A stretch of DNA of 64,000 nucleotides, taken from the NCBI GenBank assembly GCA_965222375.1, contig CBDCTZ010000008.1, positions 416,001-480,000 of the forward strand. Reading direction: 5' to 3'. The DNA is from Polyangiaceae bacterium. Its GTDB lineage: Bacteria > Myxococcota_A > Polyangia > Polyangiales > Polyangiaceae. Both the position numbers and the translations under genes were made by a program. The notes under the pieces are model-generated. The model did not search any database and had not been told where the DNA came from. It was given only the letters and a program-made list of their open reading frames with translations. This document shows, piece by piece, positions 8,683 through 17,170 of the stretch (positions are counted from its first letter, which is position 1; each line of letters begins with the position of its first letter).

Positions 8683-10332
8683 ATGAGCGAATCTGCTGCG
8701 CCGCCGGAGCCCACCCCTGGCCCCAAGCCCATCGCGAAGTGGCCCGCAACCGGTCTCGCGTTGCTCTCGGGCTTTCTCTACTTTCTAGCGTTTCCGGGGA
8801 TCGACATCTGGCCTTTGGCGTTCTTCGCTCTGGTGCCTTTGATCGTCGCCCTACGCGGCCAGACGGCGCGGCGTGCAACCTGGCTCGGCTGGGTCGCCGG
8901 CTTCACCATGACCATGTGCGGCTTCTACTGGCTGCTCGAAATGCTCAAGACCTTCAGCGGGTTCTCGACCCCGCTGTGCCTTCTCTTCATGAGCGTCTTG
9001 TGCGCGTACCAAGCAGGTCGCATCGCGATGCTCGGCTGGCTGACGGCCCGCGCTGAAGCCCGTGGCTACCCGTTTTTCGTCGTCTTCGCAGTGGCCATGG
9101 TCGCCAGTGAGCTGACGTTTCCCCTGCTTTTCCCCTGGACCTACGCGGCCACGGTGCATCAGCTCCCGGTCTTGTTGCAGCTGGCGGAGCTGGGCGGCCC
9201 CTTCTTACCGACCCTCACGCTCGTCTGCGTGAACCTCGCAGTGGCGGAGTTCGTTTTCGCCCGCATGCAGAAGCGCCCTCCGCGGATTCGATTGGCGCTC
9301 GGCCTGGCCTCTGCCTTGGTCGTGTCTGGGGTGTACGGATTGATTCGGATCCCGATGGTGGACGCGCGGGTGAGCGACGCAGACAAGGCGGAGGTCGGTC
9401 TCGTGCAAGCCAACATGAGCTTGATGGGCAAGCGCCGAAACAAAGCCGAGGGGCTGCGTCGCCACACGACCCTGACCCGACAGCTGCTCCGCGAAGGGCC
9501 TCTCGACCTCGTTGTGTGGAGCGAGACCAGTGTGATGTCGCCACAGCAGGAAGAGTTCGCCCCCCTCACCTACAAGAGGCAATTCGCTGGAAGGTTAGGG
9601 GTCCCAGCGATCTTCGGGGCGGTGCTGGTTCGGAAGGTCGATGACGAACGTCGCTACGTATTGTTCAACTCGGCGTTGCTCAGCGATCAGCGTGGCGAGG
9701 TGGTCGGACGCTACGACAAGCAGTACCTGCTTGCGTTTGGCGAGTACCTGCCTTTCGGTAAGACGTTCCCCAAGCTATACGAAATCAGTCGCAACTCCGG
9801 ACGCTTCACGCAGGGCACGACGCTGGAACCACTTCAGCTCGGCAACCGCGGGATCGCGACTTTCATCTGCTACGAAGACATCGATCCTGGATTCGTTCGT
9901 TCCATCGTCAACAGCGGGCCTACAGATCTGCTTGTCAACATCACGAACGACGCCTGGTTCGGAGACACGACGGAACCTTGGATTCACTTGGCGTTGGCCA
10001 AGCTGCGAGCCATCGAACAACGGCGCTTCCTGGTTCGCTCCACGAACAGCGGCATCAGTGCGTTCGTCGATCCCGTGGGCCGGGTCTTGAAACACACGGG
10101 CGCGTTCCGCCAAGAAGCCGCACGAGAAACCGTGGCCTGGCTACGAGGTGCAACCGTGTACGGCATTGTAGGCAACGCACCCTGGTGGCTGCTTTCCATC
10201 CTGAGCGGTGCCATGGCCTTCGTGGTTCGGCCCGGCGGCCGAAAGCCCCAAACCAAGCCCAAATCCACCAAGAAAAAGCCCAAATCCAGAGCGAAGGACA
10301 ATTCGAAAACAAAGTCGCAAGCCGACGAATAG
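8683..10332 (+). CDS. lnt: Apolipoprotein N-acyltransferase
   Basis: Multiple TMs plus nitrilase triad motifs VWSET, YDKQYLLAFGEYLP, ICYE, NITNDAWFG, RSTNSGIS. Confidence 0.95.
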   Translation: MSESAAPPEPTPGPKPIAKWPATGLALLSGFLYFLAFPGIDIWPLAFFALVPLIVALRGQTARRATWLGWVAGFTMTMCGFYWLLEMLKTFSGFSTPLCLLFMSVLCAYQAGRIAMLGWLTARAEARGYPFFVVFAVAMVASELTFPLLFPWTYAATVHQLPVLLQLAELGGPFLPTLTLVCVNLAVAEFVFARMQKRPPRIRLALGLASALVVSGVYGLIRIPMVDARVSDADKAEVGLVQANMSLMGKRRNKAEGLRRHTTLTRQLLREGPLDLVVWSETSVMSPQQEEFAPLTYKRQFAGRLGVPAIFGAVLVRKVDDERRYVLFNSALLSDQRGEVVGRYDKQYLLAFGEYLPFGKTFPKLYEISRNSGRFTQGTTLEPLQLGNRGIATFICYEDIDPGFVRSIVNSGPTDLLVNITNDAWFGDTTEPWIHLALAKLRAIEQRRFLVRSTNSGISAFVDPVGRVLKHTGAFRQEAARETVAWLRGATVYGIVGNAPWWLLSILSGAMAFVVRPGGRKPQTKPKSTKKKPKSRAKDNSKTKSQADE

Positions 10333-10522
10333 AGCATCGCCGCGTTCCGTCCAACCGTTTTGGGCAATGTCAATTGTGGTTCGAACAGGAATTTGGACGA
10401 CGAAGCAGCGTATGCTCTTGTAACGGCTGGGCCTTGCGCTCACCTCAGGCTTGCGTCGACAATGCACACTTGGCGAGTCATGCTCGCGGCTTTGACTGAG
10501 GAAACATAGGGAGAGACTGAAC

Positions 10523-11059
10523 ATGAAAACGGCTTGGTGGACTTGGCTAGCAGTTGGAACTTCTACGGCAGCCCTTGTGGCCTTGGGCGGCTGCGTAGTG
10601 ACCAGTGATGATGATGGCACGGGTGGTTCCGCGGGTTCCGCGGGTTCCGCGGGTTCCGGTGGCTCGAGCGGCAGCGGTGGCGCCACCGGCGGCAGCGGCG
10701 GCGCGACTGGCGGTACGGGTGGTACGACGGATGCTGGAACCGGTGGTTCCGCGGGATCCGACGCAGGCAAGATCACTTGCACTCCGGATGATCCGAACGA
10801 CAACTGCCAGGTCTGCACCGAGCAGAAGTGTTGCCAGGAGTTCGAAGCTTGTTATGTGAGCGGGGAGAACTGCGGCTTCGGCGGTCCAAAGGGCGAAGGC
10901 GAAATCAACTGCATGTTCGTCTACCTCACCGCCAATCCGGGCGAAAAGGTGGCCGCGGCCAACAACTGCGTCACCCCTGGGCAGAGCATCATCTCGACAA
11001 CCACCAACAACCTGTTCAACTGCCTAGACACACAGTGTCTAACCGAGTGCATTCCCTGA
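10523..11059 (+). CDS. Gly-rich / Cys-rich lipoprotein of unknown function
   Basis: Lipobox LGGC, Gly-Ser linker, Cys-rich C-domain (CQVCTEQKCC...CLDTQCLTEC); GGGAG RBS. Confidence 0.75.
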   Translation: MKTAWWTWLAVGTSTAALVALGGCVVTSDDDGTGGSAGSAGSAGSGGSSGSGGATGGSGGATGGTGGTTDAGTGGSAGSDAGKITCTPDDPNDNCQVCTEQKCCQEFEACYVSGENCGFGGPKGEGEINCMFVYLTANPGEKVAAANNCVTPGQSIISTTTNNLFNCLDTQCLTECIP

Positions 11060-11081
11060 TCGAATCTCAGGGTTGAATCGC

Positions 11082-11122
11082 AAACTGCCTGCACGCTGGG
11101 TCGTGCAGGCGGTTTCGTTTTG
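11082..11122 (+). terminator. Probable intrinsic terminator
   Basis: AAACTGCCTGCACG-CTGGGT-CGTGCAGGCGGTTT hairpin followed by CGTTTT, 22 nt after the stop codon. Confidence 0.7.
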
Positions 11123-11218
11123 TCTGAGCTCTTGTTCCTTGCTGCGTGTCTGTTGGGTAGGGTCGAGCACTGCCCGCACGTTGGGCCACGACTCCTGCGT
11201 TGGGCCACGGTTGCGTTT

Positions 11219-11272
11219 GTGAGCGCCAGCGTGGGCGCGAGGGCGAGGGCGAGCGCGGGCGTGAGGGTGAGG
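11219..11272. repeat. Degenerate hexamer tract (G[CT]G[AG]G[CG])n
   Basis: gtgagc gccagc gtgggc gcgagg gcgagg gcgagc gcgggc gtgagg gtgagg. Confidence 0.75.
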
Positions 11273-11451
11273 GGCTCCGAGCTGGGCGGCGGAGGCTCGC
11301 CTACGAAATCGCCCTGGGCGAAGCGCGGGAAGCGCTGGCGAGTCTCGAATTCGCGGAAGCCATGAGCTACAGGCCGCCCGTGACTCCCGAGTCAAGAGCC
11401 CGCTTCGACCACATCATCGGAACGCTGGTCAACATCGTGCACCGCCCATAG
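11263..11451 (+). pseudogene. 3' half of a four-helix-bundle (bAvd / 23S rRNA IVS-like) protein gene
   Basis: EGEGLRAGRRRLAYEIALGEAREALASLEFAEAMSY...RARFDHIIGTLVNIV resembles helices 3-4 of this family, starting at the conserved xEG; N-terminal half absent. Confidence 0.65.
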
Positions 11452-11477
11452 ACGCAAGCGAGCACCACCTCGTTCGA

Positions 11478-11549
11478 GACGCGTACAGCCCTTCAGCAGC
11501 CAGCTTCCACCAGCGGAAGGCGACCGGGGCCGGGGGCCCGGAGCGAGGG
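11478..11549. repeat. Partial (5') copy of the ~210-bp structured repeat
   Basis: GACGCGTACAGCCCTTCAGCAGCCA...CCGGGGCCGG...CCCGGAGCGAGGG matches the starts of the copies at 15656 and 15868. Confidence 0.8.
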
Positions 11550-12209
11550 CTACGCCGTGCCGGTCTTCAGGGCTTTCCGCAGGCGCTTGCCATCGGCAAA
11601 CATGTCGACGTTGGTGAAGACGTAGATGGCCGCTTGGTCTGGACGGGTGTTCCCCAGGGCGGCTAGCTCCTCGATCGCGGGGTCCTCGTATCGAGACTTG
11701 TGTCCGGCGGGGCCCGGCAGGCGGTAGTACGCCACGTCTCGCTTGGAAAGGCCCTGGGTCAGCGGGTCACGGGAGGCCAGGGTGTCGGTCTCTGCGGCGA
11801 TGGCGTCGGCATCGTCTGGGTCCCAGGCCGGACCCGGCTCGAACACGATCCTATCGAACTGGGGGCGGACCAGGGTCAGGAACTCCTTGACGGCTGCACG
11901 GTTGGCCCGATTTGCCGGGAAGTCCTGGGGCGCCACGAACACAGCCGTGGTGGCCTCGAGCACGTTGCCCACCTTGTGGAGGGTCTCCAGGGCGGTTTCA
12001 ATGACCTTGCCAGAGCGAAAGCCCTCCTGGCCTATCTCGCGGGGGGCCAGCATGGCGAACTCGAACCCCTTGGGGGCTTCGCGCTTCCAGCGGCGTAGGG
12101 TGCCAGGGCCAGGAACGGCGATGTGGGTCTCCTGGACCTCTACAAAAAGGTACTCCTTGAAGTAGCGCGTCGCAGGGACGGCGAATCCGGCGCACCCAAC
12201 GGTAATCAT
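11550..12209 (-). CDS. DUF72 domain-containing protein
   Basis: Starts MITVGCAGF; VEVQETH, RRWKREAPKGFEF, YYRLPG, YVFTN match the DUF72 pattern. Confidence 0.8.
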   Translation of the reverse strand: MITVGCAGFAVPATRYFKEYLFVEVQETHIAVPGPGTLRRWKREAPKGFEFAMLAPREIGQEGFRSGKVIETALETLHKVGNVLEATTAVFVAPQDFPANRANRAAVKEFLTLVRPQFDRIVFEPGPAWDPDDADAIAAETDTLASRDPLTQGLSKRDVAYYRLPGPAGHKSRYEDPAIEELAALGNTRPDQAAIYVFTNVDMFADGKRLRKALKTGTA

Positions 12210-12267
12210 CGGCGCGGCGAAGGTATCACAGGCGGGGCCAAACGCCACGCATCCCCTTCCCCAGGCA

Positions 12268-12819
12268 CTAGTGGAGCGCCTGATCCCGCGGCTCGGCTTC
12301 ACCCAGGGCCCGGCGGGCCAAAGCGCGCCCCAGCGCCCGGGCGGCCGCACGAGCGGCTTCACGGAACCCCACGGCATCCGGAACCCCCGTGCCGGCGCCA
12401 AAGCGCTCCACGCGACGAACGTCGCCGCTGTCCCAAATCCGTTTTCCCCCGGGGCTCCGCTCCACCCAGGCCCGCCCCACGACCCCGACTGCCGAGCCTC
12501 GGGCCAGAGGCTGCTCGCCGCCCGGTTCGCCCAGAGCCGGCACCACGGATATCCCCGTGGCGGCCTCATCCAATCTCACCACGCGAACCACCAGCCGGGG
12601 GTAGCCCGCGGTCGAAAGGGCTCCGTCGGCAGCCAGCTCCTCGCGAGCAGCCGTCACGGCGGCCACGTTGAGCTCCTGACCCGGAGCGCGGCTGGGCGCA
12701 GCCACCACAGCGAGCCCGTCAGCGCCGTTCGCGCGGCCCCCATGGACGGCGTGGTAGCCACACGCCAGGGACAGAACCGCTAGCACAGGCACCCAGGTAT
12801 GTTTCACATGAAACATCAA
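12268..12819 (-). CDS. LptE-like LPS-assembly lipoprotein (divergent)
   Basis: Lipobox LACGYH, size ~180 aa, and position immediately downstream of leuS (conserved leuS-lptE synteny); exact start uncertain. Confidence 0.6.
   Translation of the reverse strand: MMFHVKHTWVPVLAVLSLACGYHAVHGGRANGADGLAVVAAPSRAPGQELNVAAVTAAREELAADGALSTAGYPRLVVRVVRLDEAATGISVVPALGEPGGEQPLARGSAVGVVGRAWVERSPGGKRIWDSGDVRRVERFGAGTGVPDAVGFREAARAAARALGRALARRALGEAEPRDQALH
12800..12815. promoter_or_regulatory. parS: parS-like centromere site
   Basis: TGTTTCACATGAAACA, 15/16 match to the consensus TGTTTCACGTGAAACA. Confidence 0.7.
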
Positions 12820-12893
12820 GTTTATCCTCTAAGCTCTTGAAATCAATCGGACAAACGAAGGTTCAGATCTGCTGACTTGTTCAGGTATTCGGA

Positions 12894-15545
12894 CTAGGAG
12901 ACGATCAAGTTCAGGATCCGCCCCGGGACATAGACTGCCTTGCGCAACGCCTTGCCGTCAGTGAACTTTGCCACGTTTGGATCGGCCAGGGCTGCGGCCG
13001 TGACGTCCTGCTCGGACGCGTCCTTGGCTATTTTCAGCTTGCCGCGGACCTTGCCGTTCACCTGAACCGGCATCTCGATCACGTCGTCGACGCACAGAGC
13101 AGGGTCAAACGACGGCCAGGCTGCATCCAGGACGCTGGGGCTGTTGCCAACGCGCTGCCACAGCTCTTCACCCAGGTGCGGCGCAAACGGCGCAAGACAA
13201 AGCACAAGTTTTTCCATAGCAATTTTAGGCACTTGACCCAGGCCATTCAAGTGATTTGCGAGGATCATCATGGCGCTGATCGCCGTGTTGAAGCGCAGCG
13301 CTTCGATATCCTCGGTCAGCTTCTTCACCGTGCGGTGAACCAGCTTGCGGGTCTCCAACTCCCCTTCCCCGTCGGCCAGGGTGCGCTGACTCAGAGCGTC
13401 GGCGCGGTCGAGGAATCGACGCACGCCCTGGATGCCGCTGGTCTGCCAGGGCTTCACCTGCTCCAGGGGGCCCATGAACATCTCGTAGACCCGCAGGCTG
13501 TCCGCTCCGAAGTCCCGAACCACATCGTCGGGATTGACCACGTTGCCCCGACTCTTGCTCATCTTCTCCGCGACCGGGACCAATCGAACCCGGTGCTCTG
13601 GATGAACTGGGCGACCGTCCTTCGTGGCGATCTGCGCCTCCGTGAGGAAGCGCTCCTGCACACGCTCCCCGCTCGGCAGCACGTGGCCTCCTTCAGGGTG
13701 CTCCTCCAATCCGTCCGTGTCGCCGTCGAGGGCCCGCAGGACCCCGCCCTTGGCATCGACCACCGCATACCAGCGAAACGCCATGCCCAGAATCAGCCCC
13801 TGGTGGACGAGTTTGGTGAAGGGCTCCGCGTGCTTCACGACTCCAGCGTCGAACAGCACCTTGTGCCAGAAGCGCGCGTACAGCAGATGCAGGACGGCGT
13901 GCTCGCTCCCGCCCATATATAAGTCGATTGGCATCCACGCGTCGTAGGCCGCCTCGGAGAAGATTTCCTTGTCATTTCGAGGATCTAGGTACCTGAGGTA
14001 ATACCAACAACTGCCCGCCCACTGAGGCATGGTGTTGGTCTCCCGCGCGAACCAAGCGCCATCCTTCTGGAAGAAACGCCAGCTCAGCGCACGCGCGAGG
14101 GGCCCATGCGGATCGTCGCCCGGCTTGTAGTCATCGAGCTCGGGAAGCAGCAGCGGCAGTTCGTTTTCGTCCACCGGCATAGGCCTGGAGTAGTCGATGA
14201 CGTAGTCGTCTCCGGTGGTTGGATCGCCTTGGGTCGAAACCGGGAAGTAGATCGGAATGGGTTCGCCCCAGTAGCGCTGGCGCGAGAACACCCAGTCACG
14301 GAGCTTGTAGTTGACCTTGCGCTGACCGACCTTCTCCTTCTCCAAGAAGTCGATGATGTTCTTCTTCATGGTCGCCGTCGGCTGACCGTCGAACTGCCCG
14401 GAGTTCACCGCGATCCCCTCCCCCACGAAGGCGGCTTCTAGAGGGGGACCCGCTTTGCCGTTGGGGCTGACCACCTCGACGATGTCGAGCTCGAAACGCT
14501 TCGCGAACTCGAAATCGCGCTCGTCGTGTGCGGGTACCGCCATGATCGCGCCCGTCCCATACGCCCCCAAAACATAGTCGGCGGTGTACACGGGGATGCG
14601 TGCTCGATTCAGAGGATTGATCGCATAAACTCCCGTAAATACACCGGTTTTTTCCTTGTTCAACGCCGTGCGTTCCATGTCGCTCTTGCGCGCGGCCGCT
14701 TCCGAATAGCGCCGGACCTCGTCGCGTTTGTCGTCGGATGCGATCGCGACGGTGAGCGGATGATCCGGCGCGATGACCATGTACGTTGCGCCGAACAGCG
14801 TGTCGGGGCGGGTCGTGTAAACGGTGAGGTGATCCTCTCGGTCGGCCAACGGGAAGTCGACCTCCGCACCCTCGCTTCGACCAATCCAGTCCCGCTGCTT
14901 CTGCTTCGTCTCGGGCCAGTCGACGTCGTCGAGCTCACTCGCCAAGCGGTCGGCGTACGCCGTGATCCGCAGCTGCCACTGGCGCAGCGGCTGGCGAACA
15001 ACCGGGTGATCGCCGCGCTCGCTCTTGCCGTCAATGACCTCTTCATTAGCCAATACGGTACCCAGCGCCGGGCACCAGTTGACTGGGATTTCCGCCTGAA
15101 ATGCCAAGCCCTTATGGAAGAGCTTCAGGAAGATCCACTGGGTCCACTTCACGTAGCCAGGGTCAGTGGTGTCCACCTCGCGTGACCAATCGTAGAAGAA
15201 TCCCAGTGCCTTCAGTTGCCGCCGAAAGACGTTGATGTTCTCAGCGGTCGTGACCTTCGGGTGAGTCCCAGTGTTGATCGCGTGCTGCTCCGCCGGCAGC
15301 CCAAAGGCGTCCCAGCCCATTGGGTGAAGCACGTCGAAACCGTTCATACGCTTGAAGCGCGCCACAATGTCCGTCGCCGTGTATCCCTCAGGATGCCCCA
15401 CATGCAGCCCCGATCCCGAGGGATAGGGAAACATGTCGAGAGCGTAGAACTTGGGGCGCCCTGGCCGCCGCGTCGCTGCAAAGGTGTCGTTGTCGTCCCA
15501 ATACTTCTGCCAACGCGTCTCGACAGCCCGATGGTCATAAGCCAT
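12894..15545 (-). CDS. leuS: Leucine--tRNA ligase
   Basis: MFPYPSGSGLHVGH, GWDAFGLPAE, YTTRPDT, GTGAIMAVPAHDERD, DWVFSRQRYWGEPIP, KMSKS, VQVNGKVR. Confidence 0.98.
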   Translation of the reverse strand: MAYDHRAVETRWQKYWDDNDTFAATRRPGRPKFYALDMFPYPSGSGLHVGHPEGYTATDIVARFKRMNGFDVLHPMGWDAFGLPAEQHAINTGTHPKVTTAENINVFRRQLKALGFFYDWSREVDTTDPGYVKWTQWIFLKLFHKGLAFQAEIPVNWCPALGTVLANEEVIDGKSERGDHPVVRQPLRQWQLRITAYADRLASELDDVDWPETKQKQRDWIGRSEGAEVDFPLADREDHLTVYTTRPDTLFGATYMVIAPDHPLTVAIASDDKRDEVRRYSEAAARKSDMERTALNKEKTGVFTGVYAINPLNRARIPVYTADYVLGAYGTGAIMAVPAHDERDFEFAKRFELDIVEVVSPNGKAGPPLEAAFVGEGIAVNSGQFDGQPTATMKKNIIDFLEKEKVGQRKVNYKLRDWVFSRQRYWGEPIPIYFPVSTQGDPTTGDDYVIDYSRPMPVDENELPLLLPELDDYKPGDDPHGPLARALSWRFFQKDGAWFARETNTMPQWAGSCWYYLRYLDPRNDKEIFSEAAYDAWMPIDLYMGGSEHAVLHLLYARFWHKVLFDAGVVKHAEPFTKLVHQGLILGMAFRWYAVVDAKGGVLRALDGDTDGLEEHPEGGHVLPSGERVQERFLTEAQIATKDGRPVHPEHRVRLVPVAEKMSKSRGNVVNPDDVVRDFGADSLRVYEMFMGPLEQVKPWQTSGIQGVRRFLDRADALSQRTLADGEGELETRKLVHRTVKKLTEDIEALRFNTAISAMMILANHLNGLGQVPKIAMEKLVLCLAPFAPHLGEELWQRVGNSPSVLDAAWPSFDPALCVDDVIEMPVQVNGKVRGKLKIAKDASEQDVTAAALADPNVAKFTDGKALRKAVYVPGRILNLIVS

Positions 15546-15605
15546 GGCGCCGGTCTACAACAGCCCCACCGCGGCGCGAAGTCCAGGCGCTCGCGGGACC
15601 GTCCG

Positions 15606-15636
15606 GCGGGCGTGAGCGCGAGGGCGGGCGCGAGCG
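15606..15636. repeat. Short degenerate hexamer tract, same type as 11219-11272
   Basis: gcgggc gtgagc gcgagg gcgggc gcgagc. Confidence 0.6.
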
Positions 15637-15649
15637 AAGGAGGCATTTC

Positions 15650-16070
15650 GCTCACGACGCGTCCAGCCCTTCAGCAGCCACCTCCAACAACCTGCGCGAC
15701 CAGGACCGGGCCCCGGAGCGGGGGCACGGCGAGGGAACCCTCCCCCGCGAGCTGTTGCTCCGCAGGAGGCACGCAGAATACGGACCACGAGCGCGCACCA
15801 ACGACTTCGGCGCTGTTGGGCCGCGCAGGCCCACACAAAAACATCCCACGCGACCCATCGAGCTCACGACGCGTCAGCCCTTCAACAGCCACCTCCAACA
15901 ACCTGCGCGCCCGGGGCCGGCGCCCCGGAGCGAGAGGGCACAGCGGGAGAATCCCCCCGCGAGCTGTGCCCAGCGGTGCTCCGCGCGAGGCACGCAGAAT
16001 ACAGATCGCAAGCGCGTACCAACGACATCGGCGCTCCGAGCCCACGCGGGCTCACGCACCAAGCATCCCA
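15650..16070. repeat. Two tandem imperfect copies (15650-15848, 15862-16070; period 212 bp) of a hairpin-rich repeat
   Basis: Shared blocks GCTCACGACGCGT, CAGCCCTTCA, CAGCCACCTCCAACAACCTGCGCG, GAGGCACGCAGAATAC, ACCAACGAC, CATCCCA. Confidence 0.9.
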
Positions 16071-16200
16071 GGTGCACCAGCTTGTTCGCTGACCAAGCCT
16101 GCCCACGCGGCTCCAAATCCAACGAGCCCCCACTGCGCTCGGCAGTAGGGGCCCCAAGGAACCGGCTCGCATGGCCAACTGAATCCCATCCAAGCAAGCG

Positions 16201-16998
16201 TCAGTTCCGAACCAGCACCGAGCCGTAGCTCTGCCTGATGTTCCCCTGGAACTTGGTCGATTTGGCGTACACCGTGGATCCGCCGGACATGTCCAGCGCG
16301 TGTTTCTTGCCACGGATCGTGGAGTCGAAGATCCTCACCGTGCCGCCACCGCGCACCCGGAGACCCGTGTTTCCAGCGTTCAGCACGCTGTCGCGGATGA
16401 CGAGCGTGCAGCCGCCTCGGACGTCCACAGCAGTGCGTGAGGTATCGATGCTAACTCGGCTCAGTGTTCGGACCTGGCCGTTGGCGCAGGTCAGCGGGCT
16501 CCGGGGCTTGAGCTTGCCAGTTGGCGGTTTGGCGGGCTTTGCAGGCTTGGAGGGCTTTGCGGGCTTCATGGGCTTGGCGCCTGGTTTTCCACCTTGATAG
16601 TGATTGCCGCCCTCGTCGCTCAGATCTCCGTTGCCATGCTTGCGGATGCGACCTTCGACACGGGTGTTTTTCAGATGCACATCCGTGCTGCCGTGCACAT
16701 GAAGAGCGATCCCACGACTGCGTACGACCGAGTTGACGATTCGAACGTTGGAACTTCCGTGGGCGTCGACCGCTTTTAGGCTACCTTCGATGTGGCTATT
16801 GCGGATGACGATGTCGCAGCTGCCATGCGCGTGTACGGCAACCTTCGACACAATCTTCACGTTGTTCAAGACCACGTCCTGATTGCCCCGACATTTCACG
16901 GGGCCTCGCGTTTTCATTTTGCCGGCGGCTTCAGCACCAGCGCTGGCAGTGAGGCCGCCCAAAACGAGGGAAGCAAGAATGATGGTGAACTTGGGCAT
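16201..16998 (-). CDS. Secreted, basic, beta-helix-like protein with two internal repeats
   Basis: GGAGG RBS, signal peptide (MPKFTIILASLV...AGA), two homologous Cys-containing beta-rich halves joined by a (PAK)n linker. Confidence 0.7.
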   Translation of the reverse strand: MPKFTIILASLVLGGLTASAGAEAAGKMKTRGPVKCRGNQDVVLNNVKIVSKVAVHAHGSCDIVIRNSHIEGSLKAVDAHGSSNVRIVNSVVRSRGIALHVHGSTDVHLKNTRVEGRIRKHGNGDLSDEGGNHYQGGKPGAKPMKPAKPSKPAKPAKPPTGKLKPRSPLTCANGQVRTLSRVSIDTSRTAVDVRGGCTLVIRDSVLNAGNTGLRVRGGGTVRIFDSTIRGKKHALDMSGGSTVYAKSTKFQGNIRQSYGSVLVRN

Positions 16999-17170
16999 CG
17001 GAAATCCTCCTGAACGACAAAGGGTTTCCTGCGCCTTCGCACGAGCTGTGCCGCGCATAACTATCTGATATTATGAGACTAAATACTCCAACCTGGCGGG
17101 CGAACCCCGACCAGATGGCAGGTTCCAACCTGCCACGGCCAGGGCGGAGGTAGGCTCGGCAAACGTGGCG

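Noticed and set aside
13560..13790. Insertion before KMSKS in LeuRS
   Set aside because: Corresponds to the known, length-variable leucine-specific domain.
15650..16070. CRISPR array
   Set aside because: Only two long (~210-bp) units, similar along their whole length, with no unique spacers and no cas genes.
15546..16200. Tandem T-box riboswitch in the leuS leader
   Set aside because: No UGGNACC antiterminator on the minus strand (closest is GGTGGCTGC) and no terminator. A partial repeat copy also occurs away from any synthetase start.
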